From positions 123,814,001 to 123,878,000 of the forward strand of contig NC_042998.1 of NCBI RefSeq assembly GCF_006345805.1: a stretch of 64,000 bases of DNA, written 5' to 3'. The stretch comes from Octopus sinensis (lineage: Eukaryota). Position numbers and translations under genes: made by a program. Below the pieces are notes generated by a model. The model was given only the letters and a program-made list of their open reading frames with translations. It was not told the DNA's origin and did no database searches. Every line of letters begins with the position of its first letter. The stretch's first letter is position 1. Below, piece after piece: positions 43,073 through 56,681 of the stretch.

Positions 43073-43289
43073 TCTTTATTAGTATTTAATGTATATATTA
43101 AGGTGAGATCATTACATATTTTAAAGAATCGTTAAATATCATTGCTAGAAAATAAAAACATTTGGAAATAAAGTAATATTAAATTATGTTAGTTGTTAGG
43201 TATTTATTACATAAATTATTTGCATTTAACAACCAATCACCTATGTAGAATATATTTATTCATTCATTGAATGAGCTTCTTCACTTTCG

Positions 43290-44470
43290 TTTCTGTCTTC
43301 ATTTATTGAACTCACGAGGGCTGCCATTGCATTCCTCAAGCGATCACGAAACTCCACAATTTCCTGGTGTTGTAGTATGATCATATCCTATCGAAGTGGC
43401 ATTGCTTGCAAAATACAGTTGTCTCTAACATAGACGTTTCTGCATAATCGTAAGATATTTCGTCATTAGTGTGTGCTTGGCCATTTACATTAGACTCTCT
43501 CATTTTCTTCAGGACATTGTTCAGTGATTTTTTTCACACCCACATTTGTTTGGTTGGAAATCGGGTGGTTTCAAAAATATTTTAAACTCCAGATTCATTC
43601 TCTGGTTCTCTGACTTCAGTAGCACGCTTTTGTTAATGTGCCTGCTCGAACCTGATTTCATACACTTGCGAGGGGAAAATGGCATCTTTAATGGTAAAAT
43701 TATGCCGGAAATCGCTTATACTAACATTATTATTCATCATATTCATCATGAAATCATTTCTGTAGAAACATTTTAAGTTCCGAATAATCCCTTGGTCCAT
43801 AGGTTGCAATAGATATATCACATTCGGTGGCAAATAGCACGCAAAACATTCCCACACGATACCACTAATTTTGTCTCGTGAGGATGTGCTCCACAATTGT
43901 CTAATAGCAGCAGGCACTTTGAATCAAATTTACGTAATTCGTGAGAGTGCTTTTGCACAGCTGGCAAAAATTCTTGTATGAACCATTCTGTGAGTAAGTG
44001 CAGATTTATCCATCCGTTCATCTGGTAAAAGTGAAACTCCTTTCAATGCTGGGGGGCATTTACCAATGACAAGAAACTCGAGTTTGTGAGTTCCAGAAGC
44101 ATTAGCACATACTATCACTGAAAGTCTCCCATTACAATTGGAATCCTTTTATTTTCTGCTCCTCTGATCCACCTAAAGGTTTTGTGGGTAAGCACTTCCA
44201 ATTTATATCAGTTTATATATTATCTGGTGTTAAAGCATAGTCCTCAATTATTTTTCTGAATTTTTCACAATAAGTTGATGCTGATTTGTGGGACAGGGTG
44301 TAAGTTGTATCCTTGAAAAAGATACATAATTTTTGGTCGTTCCAGCCTACTCAGAAATAAATACCGCTCGACTCATGGTGTTGCTTCAGATGTTACACTC
44401 TAGATGTTCTGTTAGGATATCTTTTAAGGTATTTATATTTGTTCAAGTCAACACAGGAATATAAAACATT
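43290..44470 (-). mobile_element. Decayed pogo/Tigger (jerky/TIGD-like, DDE_1) transposase
   Basis: VCANASGTHKLEFLVIGK, WFIQEFLPAV, LLLLDNCGAHP, LPPNVIYLLQPMDQGIIRNLKCFYR. Confidence 0.88.
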
Positions 44471-44648
44471 TAGTGGAAGCGTTGTCGACGCTAATGAGTG
44501 ACGGCTTTACTTTTCACATCTAAGGAGATTTTAGAAACATTCGTAGCAAAATATATCGTAAGAATTTAGAGTTGGATTCAGTGGGAAATTATGTAAGAAA
44601 TCGAAATTCTCTAAAAAGAACATGAGATTCAAATACTGTCCGTTGAAA

Positions 44649-44691
<43 letters not shown>

Positions 44692-44707
44692 ATATATATA
44701 TAATATA

Positions 44708-44759
<52 letters not shown>

Positions 44760-46317
44760 GTATCTTTTAAATTGCACTCATATATATTTGGATCACTTCA
44801 ACTTTAGTAAGGGATAACGGACAAGTGACAGCATAAAGGGCAATTTTTAAGCAGCCTCTTAATTCTGTTTGATTTGCGTTGCATTTATGTATAGTATATT
44901 CATCTTTCACTGAATGCTTCAAGTAGGAGACATCGAAACATCCACCACAATTTGATTATCTTATGCGACTACGATAAATTCCAGTTGAAACCTATCACTA
45001 CCACCATATAGAGTGGTGGTGGTTGTGGTTATTTGGGCTAATATTATTTCGACTAAATGACGAAAAATGTCTCTGTCGAGACGTTGAAGTATTATGCGTG
45101 TTAAATTATACTGAACAATGCTAGAAACATATATAAAAACGACTAACGGATTGTTTATTGATTCAGAAGTGGTTGGTTGATATTAGGAATAGAATAACTT
45201 GACTCTGAATCAAAAGCTGAAGATACAAGCATATATTAAATTTAGATTGTATACTCTTTAGGTTGACGTTAGAAGAATACTGTGAGACTAGGAAAAAGTC
45301 TGAAGTATTTCGAGAGGGATACAAAGCAATCAATGCAATCAATATAATCTTTTATATTTCTAGAGATCATGAACGTTTTTGCCGAAATATATACAAACTC
45401 TTTAAATGTCATTTGTTTCTAACGAGAGAAACTTGTCTGCCATTTACAACGTTGAACTATAAAGAAAATTGTATAGATTACTTTTGCAGTAGCATATTCT
45501 CGTAAGATTTCTGAAGTATAGTAATCATTCAATTGGCTGCTGGAAAATTTCTAAGTTCAGGTTATGCTCTTTCGGTTTGTTTATTTCATCTTCATTTTGT
45601 ATCAAAGTATTCTAGGTCTCTTTTAAAACATTTCCAATACATTAAAAGATGTTTTACTATAATTAATTGTAAACTAACGTGTATTTTGTTGGGTTAATAT
45701 ATATGGTAAGAGTAGAATAAGAGAGGCACTAACGTATATTGCATATTACAAATAAATAAAAGTCAAGCTAACACATATAATTATAATATTTAATCTTGCA
45801 TAACTCAATGTTGAAGCGATCTCAATATCGATCAACATAATAGTTTGAACACAAGTTTGAATAACATTCCCTGATCACAAAAAAATAATACGAAGACTTA
45901 TATGTACCCATCTTTCTTTCATTCTCTTCTTTCTCTCTCACTATATCCATATATGTGTGTGTATGTGCGTGTGCGTGTGCGTGTGTGTGTATGTGTGTGC
46001 TTGTGTTAAATAAAATGCGACAACAAAGCCAGGGTTGTGTGCAATATTCAGGACATTTATAAAAAGAAAGCCATCCAGCTGTTTCTGGGATATTAGGGAT
46101 ATCACTGTATCAAAGACGGTGTGAGATCGTTAAATAGAGGGAAACAGTAGAGTTCATTATAAGAAATTATTAAGGTAGAGGATGGAAATAAGACTATAAA
46201 GGAAACTAAGAAAATAAAAGTAAAAATAAAAATATATGTACGATGTTATAGATGCAGCTCCACAGCACTCACATAACCTTACCTGTTACCTTGGTTCTTC
46301 TGGATACCAATACCTCT

Positions 46318-46389
<72 letters not shown>

Positions 46390-46395
46390 ATAATA

Positions 46396-46433
<38 letters not shown>

Positions 46434-46707
46434 TATATATTAGCAATTAAGGACAACTACTTAATAAGGAAAACTTAACAAGAAATTGTCAGGTAGATAG
46501 CGTGAAAACCTCATAAGAGAAAAAATTTCGAAAATAATTATTTCTTATTGAACATATTAATTTATATATAGAGGGCATTATACATCCATGCCAGATGGCA
46601 TTATACATACATGCCACACGCTAAGAGGGACATTTAGTCATTTCTACCAAAAATATTACTAATCCCACCGAATGCAATTTTTCAAAGTAAGACATTTAAA
46701 AAATATA

Positions 46708-46753
46708 GACCTGTATCACAGTGATTTCATACTTACGTATTCATCAGCAGGCC
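46708..46753 (-). ncRNA. Type I hammerhead ribozyme, copy 1
   Basis: rc GGCCTG-CTGATGA-ATAC-GTAA-GTAT-GAAA-TCAC-T-GTGA-TA-CAGGTC: 6-bp stem I, 4-bp stem II with GNRA loop, palindromic stem III, intact core; H17 = 46714. Confidence 0.9.
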
Positions 46754-47183
46754 TGGATGTATCATACATAAACGACCCTGCCTCGCTTAAGCCGATCAGC
46801 TAACTGATCAACATCAACGAAGTACATGGGTGAGTTTACATATATTACATCCTGTAAATGTCGGACTTTTACGAATTGCATTTCGGGAAAGGAAAAGTTT
46901 TTTCGGAATAAAAATTTAGCAATTAAGGACAACTACTTAATAAGGAAAACTTAACAAGAAATTGTCAGGTAGATAGCGTGAAAACCTCATAAGAGAAAAA
47001 ATTTCGAAAATAATTATTTCTTATTGAACATATTAATTTATATATAGAGGGCATTATACATCCATGCCAGATGGCATTATACATACATGCCACACGCTAA
47101 GAGGGACATTTAGTCATTTCTACCAAAAATATTACTAATCCCACCGAATGCAATTTTTCAAAGTAAGACATTTAAAAAATATA

Positions 47184-47229
47184 GACCTGTATCACAGTGA
47201 TTTCATACTTACGTATTCATCAGCAGGCC
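47184..47229 (-). ncRNA. Type I hammerhead ribozyme, copy 2 (identical to copy 1)
   Basis: Same sequence 476 nt away; H17 = 47190. Confidence 0.9.
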
Positions 47230-47371
47230 TGGATGTATCATACATAAACGACCTGCCTCGCTTAAGCCGATCAGCTAACTGATCAACATCAACGAAGCAC
47301 ATGGGTGAGTTTACATATATTACATCCTGTAAATGTCGGACTTTTACGAATTGCATTTATATATATATATA

Positions 47372-48290
47372 TTGGGCTGAATGGTTCATAGTCTGACTAG
47401 GACCGTGAAATCTTGCACGCATTAATTTCAATCCTTCAGATTAACATCTGCATTGCTTTCTTCTAGATAAGCAGCAAAAGGGTTTAGCCTACAAGGACAT
47501 CAATACTGATGTGGTTGCTACATTAGGTAACAGCGCTCCAGTTTTATCAACAGTGTAAAATTGGGCAGATGAATTTAGGAGAGAAAAGGAGTGTGTTGAA
47601 GATGACCCAAGGCATGGATGTTCTGAACTTCCATCACCGAAGAAAACATTGATTGTGTCCACTACATGGTGATGGATGACAGACTAGTGACTATAAATCA
47701 ATAATCAAAATTATTAACATATCCCATAGGAGATTGGACGATATACTGCACAATGAACTTGGCATGGTGAAGTTTTCTGCTCGGTGGTGCTACATCTTCT
47801 GACAACTGATCAAAAGTGCACCGAGCTGATCACATCACGGGAAATTCTGTTATTGTTTGAGGCAGAGTATTGAGTTCATCACTTTGAACCAGAAACAAGG
47901 AGATATGCAGTAGAAACACCCCGCCAAAGGACGCCTCCAAAGTCGTTTCTCCTGAATGAAAGGTGATGGCCTCAGAATTTTGGGATACAAAAGGCATTGT
48001 GTTTATTGACTCTCATCAAAAGGGGTACCCCAGAAATTGATAGTACTTTGCTAACTTGCTGAGCAAGATACGATAGACCATGAAGACCAATCGTCCAGAA
48101 AAAAACTGACGAAAGCATCCTGTTTAATCAGGAAAATTCTCCAGCGTGACTGAGTCCCTCAAATGGTTGATCATCGTCCCTATTCTTCTTTTCTGACCAA
48201 CAGGATGAAAGCTTCTTTACCTAACAGTGATTGTGACTGGCACTGAAAGAGAAGCGGTGATGATTTCAAAAATTAAGATTAATTCCAAGT
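47372..48290 (+). mobile_element. Decayed mariner element
   Basis: WADEFRREKECVEDDPRHG, FSARW..LLTTDQK (WVP-like), FWDTKGIVFID, degenerate HRPYSP. Confidence 0.7.
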
Positions 48291-49697
48291 AATTTACACG
48301 TTTTATGATATTTCTCAATATTGTAGTATATTATAGTGTATCAAAATGTTTCATCAGATATCTACAGCCTGATCATTGACGCATAATATGTTAGCATATG
48401 ATTTTGTACCATTATACCGGGAATTAGCCTTAATTTAGTTTTTCTACAACAAGCAGGCGTCTTTGGCCTGATGTTCGATATTTTGTACGAGTTAATAATT
48501 GCATTCGTTTTCCTTTCAAAATCCATATAATGCAGTATATCCTCCTCTCTCCTATATGCCAATATTTTTATTTTATATTCATCGTACTGTTATAAATTTT
48601 CAACTAAATTTCAAACTATTTTTCAGTTCCAATGATCAAGTTGTTTATCAAATTAAATACATTTCCATTGATATCTTTAATTATTTGCTTGCCCCGTCCT
48701 TTACGTTAAACACGACCCAAGTTATTGTAGCCAATTCATTGCTAAATATCTAATCGATCCAATACAAAACGATAAGCATAAACGCTCGACAGAAAAGCTA
48801 CTGCGCAAAACAGGGAAGGGAACGAGCAAGACGAATTTTAAAAATGTAATTCATAACCACCTTCAAAATGTTCAGCCTCACCTTACTTATGAACAGCAAA
48901 CTAAAACTATTCATATGGAATTAAATATCGTTAAATATATACGGATGAATCTATCCCATTTACGGTAGTCTAAATGATGTACCTCTTCCCATAAACCTGT
49001 ATGTTACCATCCACTTATCCTTAAAAAACTTAATATATGAGAAGGAAACACCACAATATTATCTGGCGAAGACGTTTTCGATACTGGTTCATTTTAAAAT
49101 GAAATCCTAAATGCAAGCATGGCTTACAACATGAGCTGAATCCAAACCAGGAAACAAAGTTTATAGAGTGAAAAAGTGAATGTTGTCAGTGTTTAAGTGT
49201 AATGTGTTACTGACAGGTAAGATTTATTTAGGAACATTTCCAATTTGTTATAATCTATTATAACTGACTTAATTTAGCATCAGAATGTTTCATATTATTC
49301 ACTCATATATCTAAGAATTAATGCCTTTAGATGTCTACATGTACATCATACTAGAATGTGTATACATATTCTTCATCGTACGTGTAATTTACACATGAAA
49401 TATCGTATTTGATTATTCTGCCAACGTCTAATTACATGACGTAATTTTCGAGGAAATATTAGTATGACTAAAACTCGTTCTTATCGTTGGAACCTCAAAG
49501 AAATATTGTGCAATGATTCAACAACGGTTACAAAAATTTTCATATGAGCTACTTAATTAGTGAAAACGGAGTTTCTTTGCTAAAACCATTTATCTTTACA
49601 CGTATAGAATCATCTTTAGATTTCTGCACTTTTGATCACTGATTAAAACTTTCTCGAACATATATATGTCTGTGTATGGAATGTTTATACATACACA

Positions 49698-49729
<32 letters not shown>

Positions 49730-49762
49730 AACATACACACACACAAATACACACATACACAG

Positions 49763-49814
<52 letters not shown>

Positions 49815-49816
49815 GG

Positions 49817-49910
<94 letters not shown>

Positions 49911-49926
49911 CATATATATATACATA

Positions 49927-50814
49927 CGATCTCTGGCCAATGAGTATATGAAAGGTTGCCTTAGTAACGAAGCTAAAACACGCACAATGAAGCCGCTTGG
50001 CACAGATTGAACTCTGCAGTGCATGCGCACTAACTTTTAACGTTTTAGCTCACTTCTGTGGTCTACAACAGTGCTTTGAAGGAAGGTATGTAGCGTGTCA
50101 TCGTCGCATTGACCATGACAGAGAAAGTTGTCATGGCAACACTTGCTCTAAGGCCTACGCAAAATGCAGAAAGTGTATGGAGATAGATATATGATCCTCA
50201 CACAAGTGAACAAGTGGTTCAAACGTTTCCAGGATGGCCGAACAAATGCCGATAATGACGAACGCTCTCGGAGACCCACAACCATCAGAACTGAGAAAAA
50301 CGTCACAGATGTGCGTGCAGCTGTGAGGGAAAATGAGTTATCAGAGGATGTGCAGATTAGTCACGGTTCAGTTCAGTCCATTATCACTGAAGATTTTCGT
50401 ATGAGACACATGTCTCTAAAGTTTGTGCCAAAACTGATTTCAGCTGACCAAAAAGGCAATCGAGTTTCATTTGCACAAGATCCTCTTGATTGTGTTCAGA
50501 ACGATGAAAAGTCTTTGCAAACTTAGCGTAGGCTTCTGAGGAGGTATGGCCAAGCATTCGGCAAAATTTGATGCAGATTCTCTGCTCAACTTTCTCAGTC
50601 ATTGTGAATGCGACGATCACACACTACACACCTTCTTTCGAAGCACTGCTTTACACAGCGAAGTGAGATGGAACGCTCAAACTTAGTGTGCATGCACAGC
50701 AGTGTTCAAGGTCAACTTGTGCCAAGCAACTTTACACTACGTGCTCTAACTTCGATATTATGGCAACAGTCTGGATACGTATTGATGAGTCCGGATACTT
50801 ATTGATCAGATATA
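49927..50814. mobile_element. Two mariner left ends joined in converging orientation (+ 49927-50520, - 50521-50814)
   Basis: + ORF VNKWFKRFQDGRTNADNDERSRRP..SLKFVPKLIS; - ORF MTEKVEQRICIKFCRMLGHTSSEAY; the two 5' regions are diverged inverted copies. Confidence 0.8.
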
Positions 50815-51863
50815 TGCTTGCATATGTGTGTGCAAGTATGTATATATGTATATGTGTGCGGCTGTATTTATATATAGTTCAGATATTAAGACACCTTTTA
50901 AAATTACTAAGTTGTGCAAGATAAATTATTTAAAGAAACCCCAATTAGTGGTTTGCATCTAGTAATTTATAATAACCGTATGTCCCGTTCAGCAAAGGGT
51001 AAGGCAACAGAGTCTCTAATCAGATGTTAAAATTGTACGGTTTCGTTTTACATTAGAAACATAATCTGGCACAAACTACGTTTTAATTATTTGGATATAG
51101 GGTAGATGTAATTTTTTTTTTCTTACTCCCTTTTCTTCTTCAAGTCGTGATTATCTGCTAAACGGATAAAACTAAAATGCTTGAAGTAATTTCCAGTGAG
51201 GAGTTTCATAGTCATACAATGTGCTTTTGTCTCAGTTTTTACAGTTACCTGATTCTATGTAGATATATTAGCGTAAAGCAGACGAGGTATAGCATTGTAA
51301 AATAAAGGACCTCACATATCAATAATATTAATACGCTTTGTATTTTTTACGTACCTGGGTTGTGTGTCACACTTCAAAGAAGTGGCAAAGCGAGAGAGAG
51401 CGGAACAGAGAGAGAGAGAGAGGGAGAAAGTGAGTGAGAATAAGGGAGAGAGTGAAATAGACAGTGAGTGGTGACGGCGTTCATTGCAAGAGAAGTAGAT
51501 ACGTAGATACGTATACACATTGTTAAATCAAAAACGGGAGAGAAGAGGGACACAAAAGAATTGAAAATAGAAAGAGAGCAGAGACAGACAGACAGACAGT
51601 AGATACTTAAATCAGTAGATAGTTACACACAGTAACTTTTGGATGTCAATTTTACTTTTGAAGACAACTAAAACAATTCCAGTCAGTAGCAAAGCAACAG
51701 GTAGGGAGTGAGAGAGAGAAAGAGAGAGGGAAGAGAGAGGAAAAAATTTCGTTGTGGACTGTTTGTGTATAGGTGTGCACGTATGAGTGGCCCGCTGGAT
51801 CTCTATTGGCATAACCAGCAAACCACAAAATCACACCAGCCAGAATCATCACTACCGCCAAGC

Positions 51864-51900
<37 letters not shown>

Positions 51901-52272
51901 ATATTAAGTTATATCTTGAGTGACAACAACACTCAGGATATCAAACGGACTGGAAATAGAAGTGCTCCAATGAGCTGTATTCACTTTTTTATCCAAGGGG
52001 AGGCAATAGGAGCAACAACCACTTGGAATAAAATAAAATAAAATAAAATAAATTAAGTGCTGAAGTGAAATGGGCCAGATGGCGCTACGTGCATACAATT
52101 TCCTATGACGACTGTATCGAATGGTTTGCGTATAAAGTTCCATTCAGAATCGACGTAAACATATTTCTGGGAGTACGTAAATATCGTGGTCTGAGAATGG
52201 CCGGTATGTGACTATGTATTTATGTATTTGTGTATTTGTGGTGTTTGTTCATGTTTTATGTGTTGTATAGGA

Positions 52273-52353
52273 CATCCTGACGAGGGGAATGCCAATTTTA
52301 AGTACTGATATGTCTAGTATTGATTGGCACATCCCTGAAACGGCCCGTAGATG
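52273..52353 (+). ncRNA. Minimal type I hammerhead ribozyme in a probable PLE remnant
   Basis: Stem I CATC/GATG; CTGACGA; stem II GGGGA/TCCCT extended by TGCCAAT/ATTGGCA; GAAA; stem III CGG-C-CCG; GUA triplet, H17 = 52349. Confidence 0.8.
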
Positions 52354-52759
52354 ATGGACTTCTGTATATCTTGTATTTTTGTAAGCTTGTACGTGTATTA
52401 TATTTTATGTACTATTCGCCGGAATTTTACTCGTGTCTTGATATGCTATATTTTTACTTTATTATCACTATATTTATTCCTCTTATTCTAACAGTTTTAA
52501 GCGTGTTATATGCAAAATTTATATTTATATTTATATTTATTTTTATATTTATTTTTTATGTTTATATTTGTATTTATATTTCTATTTGTATATGATACTT
52601 ATATATTACTGAATTTTAAATTTCTAATATGTCGGACTGTATAGATATAAACTAGTATATAAGATTCGCATGTGTTTGGTCTATCTTTGAATTTTGTGGT
52701 GCTCCTGTGGTTGTTGCTCCTATTGCCTCCCCATATATGTATGTATGTGTGTGTTTGTG

Positions 52760-52980
52760 CTTGTGTCTGTGTTTGTCCCACCACCACCATCGCTTCACAC
52801 CGATGTTGGTGCGTTTGCGTCTCTGTAATTTAGCTATTCAGCAGAAGAGAGACTGATAGAATAAGCACCAGGCTTACCGAGAATAAGTCCAGGGGTCAAT
52901 TTCTTCGACTAAAGGGTGGTGCTCTAGCATGGCCACCGTCAAATGACTGTAACGATTAAAAGAATACAAGAATACCAGAA
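52760..52980 (+). mobile_element. Bipartite SINE tail
   Basis: TGTCTGTGTTTGTCCCACC..GGGTGGTGCTCTAGCATGGCCACCGTCAAATGACTG. Confidence 0.8.
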
Positions 52981-53147
52981 AACGTTCCGTACCACTAAAC
53001 CAAGAAGGTTCTTTGAATATGTATGATGTATTTTAAGGTTAAATGGTAATTCCGTTTACGTTTGTATAACTGAGATATTTTGGTTAGATTATATAATCAT
53101 CAGTGTTACATTACTTTATATGTATTCTAACTGTCACAATATACTTT

Positions 53148-53325
53148 TCTAGGACTGAAATTTTTGTGAGGAGGGGGCCAGTTGATTAGATTGACCCCAG
53201 TACATAACTGGTGCTTAATTTATCGAGCGCCAAAGAACGAAAGATAAAGTCGACCTCGGCAGAATTTGAACTCAGAACGTAAGACGGTTATAATATACAA
53301 ACATTTCTCACGGCACCAGTACACT
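53148..53325 (-). mobile_element. OR-like tRNA-derived SINE
   Basis: rc ..TTCTGAGTTCAAATTCTGCCGAGGTCGACTTT..GATAAATTAAGCACCAGTTATGTACTGGGGTCAATC. Confidence 0.7.
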
Positions 53326-55619
53326 GTTTACAGATGCTTATATTTTTTGTTTTCCGTGAATTTTTCACGGGTCCAGCTAGTACTTAATTACTGCCAGGTA
53401 CCAGGTGAAATACCAACTATATTGGCAAATTTAAAGAAAATCATTAGAAAAATATTTTTATTTAAAAAGCTGTACTGTATTTATTACTATAATTCATTTA
53501 TTGTTTTGCACAGTACATTTAGAAATTAAGTTTATAAATTTTGGGTGGAAACAGACACAACTTCCAAACATAAAAAAGGATCCATTTAACTCTCAGACAT
53601 GTTATTGTGAGACTACATAAATCCTAGCCGAGTAGTTCGCAACCATCGTTTGGCAAATAAGCCCTTATGTTACTTATTTTACTCGGATAGACCCGCAAAA
53701 CCATTCGATAATTTAAAAAATCCTAAAACATTTAAATATTAGGAATTGTGTTAAAATTGTTAAAGTACTTTGTGTACTGTAGACGTATAACTAATAAATT
53801 GCAAATAGATTTTGAACAGATTCTTATGTGGATCCCGAAGAATCATATGGATCCGGGTTCAAAAACACTGTTCTCACCCTTGTATGAAATAGATATAGAT
53901 TAGTCGCTGGGCACTCTACTGAATGGACAGGCAAATATCATACATGCATAAATATGTATAAACATATAGAGGCGTACATGTACATAGAAGTATGTATGTA
54001 TGCATGTAAGAATATATCAGTAGAGACAAGGTAATTAGCATTGGCGGAAACATAATACCTTAGACTTCTGTTACCACATGGTGTAGTGTCGTGGGTTGGT
54101 ATCTCAAATAAGTAAGTTCACTTTAGACTTTGATCTGAAAAACGAGGAAGAGATTCAGAACTATAAATTCATCGTAAAGAGAGTATGTAGATAATCAGAA
54201 ATCGGTAGATGAAGATGAGGTTGGTGAAGAAGAAAAAATAAGGAAGAAGGGACAAGAAAGATGAAGAACAACAAGTAAAGGAAGAAGATAATGATGATGA
54301 TGACATTGATGATGATGATGTATATGTATCTATTTATCTACCTACACACCTACCTACCTATCAATATATCTATCGATCTGTCTATCAATCTATCTATCCG
54401 TTTATCTAGTCCCCTTACTCTTCAATACAGGGAACGTCTCTGAGATATCTTCTATTTATATTTTCAAATATCCGTTATAGCCTTTAGTTATAGTTAATAC
54501 CTAACTGGACTTACATCTCTTTTTCTCAAAAGGATAAATATAATCTCTTAAATAATTTTTGAAGTAACAATTAAGCTCTTCCACTCACTGTATGCATACA
54601 ACAAAATATTTCATTATAAATGTTTTAATCTGCTAAGAAAACAACTCCAAAATACACTCCCATATATATTTCTGCTACTATCTATAAAACCAATTATTCA
54701 TTGACTTTTCACGCAACTGCTTTGTGGAATAGAATAGCATAGAGAAGGATATACTATATAACTGCATGCCTCAAGCACAAAATTACAATATACCTAGAAT
54801 GAAGAAGAAACCTTCTGAAAACCCTTTATATTCTATATATTTATGCCTTTTGAAACATGAAATTATTATACATATTTATCTTCTTCATAAAGAAGCATAA
54901 CCCATGCACCACAAATTAGAGCATCACAAATCATGCCAAACCTTACTGCAGTAATATCAAAATATGAAACCCCTATACAACCAAAACAGGAAATTCTGAT
55001 CAGGAATAATACACTTAATAATCAACAGTCGGCGTGAATTTCAGCGTTCCGGCACAGAATCTATTAAACTTAGATATTCTTACTGCCATAATATATTCGA
55101 ATCAATAACATTTGCATTAATTTTAATTTTCCTTCAGTCAACAAAAATACACTATAAAACATTCAGGAAAAAGAATCCCTTTTATGTTATTACCCACACC
55201 ATTTTAGAATCATTTTTGCGTAAATTACGTAATAAACTACATCCATATGTAGTAACACATGTCATTAAAAATTCATACGAATTTTTATAAAGAAAATTAA
55301 GATTCAGATATTAACATGGGCTGACTATAACATAAACAATAAAATTTATGAATAAACTTCAATATTGAATAAAATAAACACGTGTGTGTAAATGAATTAA
55401 GGAAGAAAACTAATGTTTGAAAATAATCAATTAGACTTCATAATCCGCAATAACTTTTCGTACGTTCGATTATAAATGCTATATCATATATAAAAAAAAT
55501 AAGATATATTCTTATTATTTTTTGAATGTTTAAAATATATTAAGTTTTCAATTATACGCAGTAAAAGGAGCTTTGGCCAATACATATGAGGATGATTGTC
55601 ATGAAATCTAGATAATTAT

Positions 55620-55893
55620 TCGCATGAGTTTCCGTGCCGGTGGCACATAATATGCACCAATCCGACCGTGGCCGTTGCCAGCCTCGCCTGGCACCTGTGC
55701 AGGTGGCACGTAAAAAGCACCCACTACACTCACGGAGTGGTTGGCGTTAGGAAGGGCATCCAGCTGTAGAAACATTGCCAGATAAGACTGGAGCCTGGTG
55801 CAGCCTTCTGGCTTCCCAGATCCCCGGTCGAACCGTCCAACCCATGCTAGCATGGAGAACGGACGTTAAACGATGATGATGATGATGATGATG

Positions 55894-55895
<2 letters not shown>
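55620..55895 (+). mobile_element. 3' part of the subrepeat-containing SINE with (GAT)n tail
   Basis: Same family as 8080-8663. Confidence 0.8.
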
Positions 55896-55929
<34 letters not shown>

Positions 55930-56637
55930 CTGTGAATGTACAGAAACTCACACACATATATTCATGTATTATTCTCAATCTATAATTTAATACATTCGTA
56001 CAAAGTATTCCTTTGTTCTTCTTCATCTCTTAGGTATACAACTCAAACTTGAAACAATTCTCACCTCTACAACTTGGTGGCTTCTCTCGTTCCTTAGCGA
56101 TTCAATTCTGCTAGATGTATGTGTAGGTAGGTGAATTCAAATAAAACTCCTACAATCACGGTGAATAAAACGCGCAGTATTTTAGCAAGTGAGTTTTAGT
56201 TGCTTTCTATACACACACACACGCACGCATATACACAGCCACACACATGCACACACCTACACAGGCATATACATAAACGCACACACATACAAGTAGGTAC
56301 CTCTACCTGCGCTCGCATTTATGTAGGTGTGTGTGTTTATTACCGTTGATGAAATATAAGGATTTACTTCTCCCGTCAAATGAAGTAACTGCTCCAGAAT
56401 TAAAGCGTGACTGAATATTCCAGAGGCGCATGTACAGTAAACATGATACGGGGACAGAATTAACGGGGTAAAATGTGATTTTTAATCCCACTCAAAGTAT
56501 GAATCAAAAGGACGTTAAAGATTTGCTCAAAATACCACGCAGCAAGAATGAAACTGGTGTCTTGTGGTCTTGAAGCGAAGTTTGTAAGCATCAAGACATA
56601 CCGCCCCAACACCTGTGTTCAATATCCTATAAACTTC

Positions 56638-56681
<44 letters not shown>

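Larger units (their letters stand above)
46441..47358 (-). mobile_element. Tandem 476-nt unit (one full copy plus one 442-nt copy) inside (TA)n, each with a hammerhead; PLE pLTR- or retrozyme-like
   Basis: Copies 46441-46916 and 46917-47358 differ by one C-run indel and one T/C change as far as I can see. No ORF of 60 aa or more. Confidence 0.75.

Noticed and set aside
51652-51870. ORF with a TM-like start (MMGLAVVMILAGVILWFAGY)
   Set aside because: The ATG abuts (TA)n, the ORF runs into a CT microsatellite, there are no convincing splice sites, and I recognise no family
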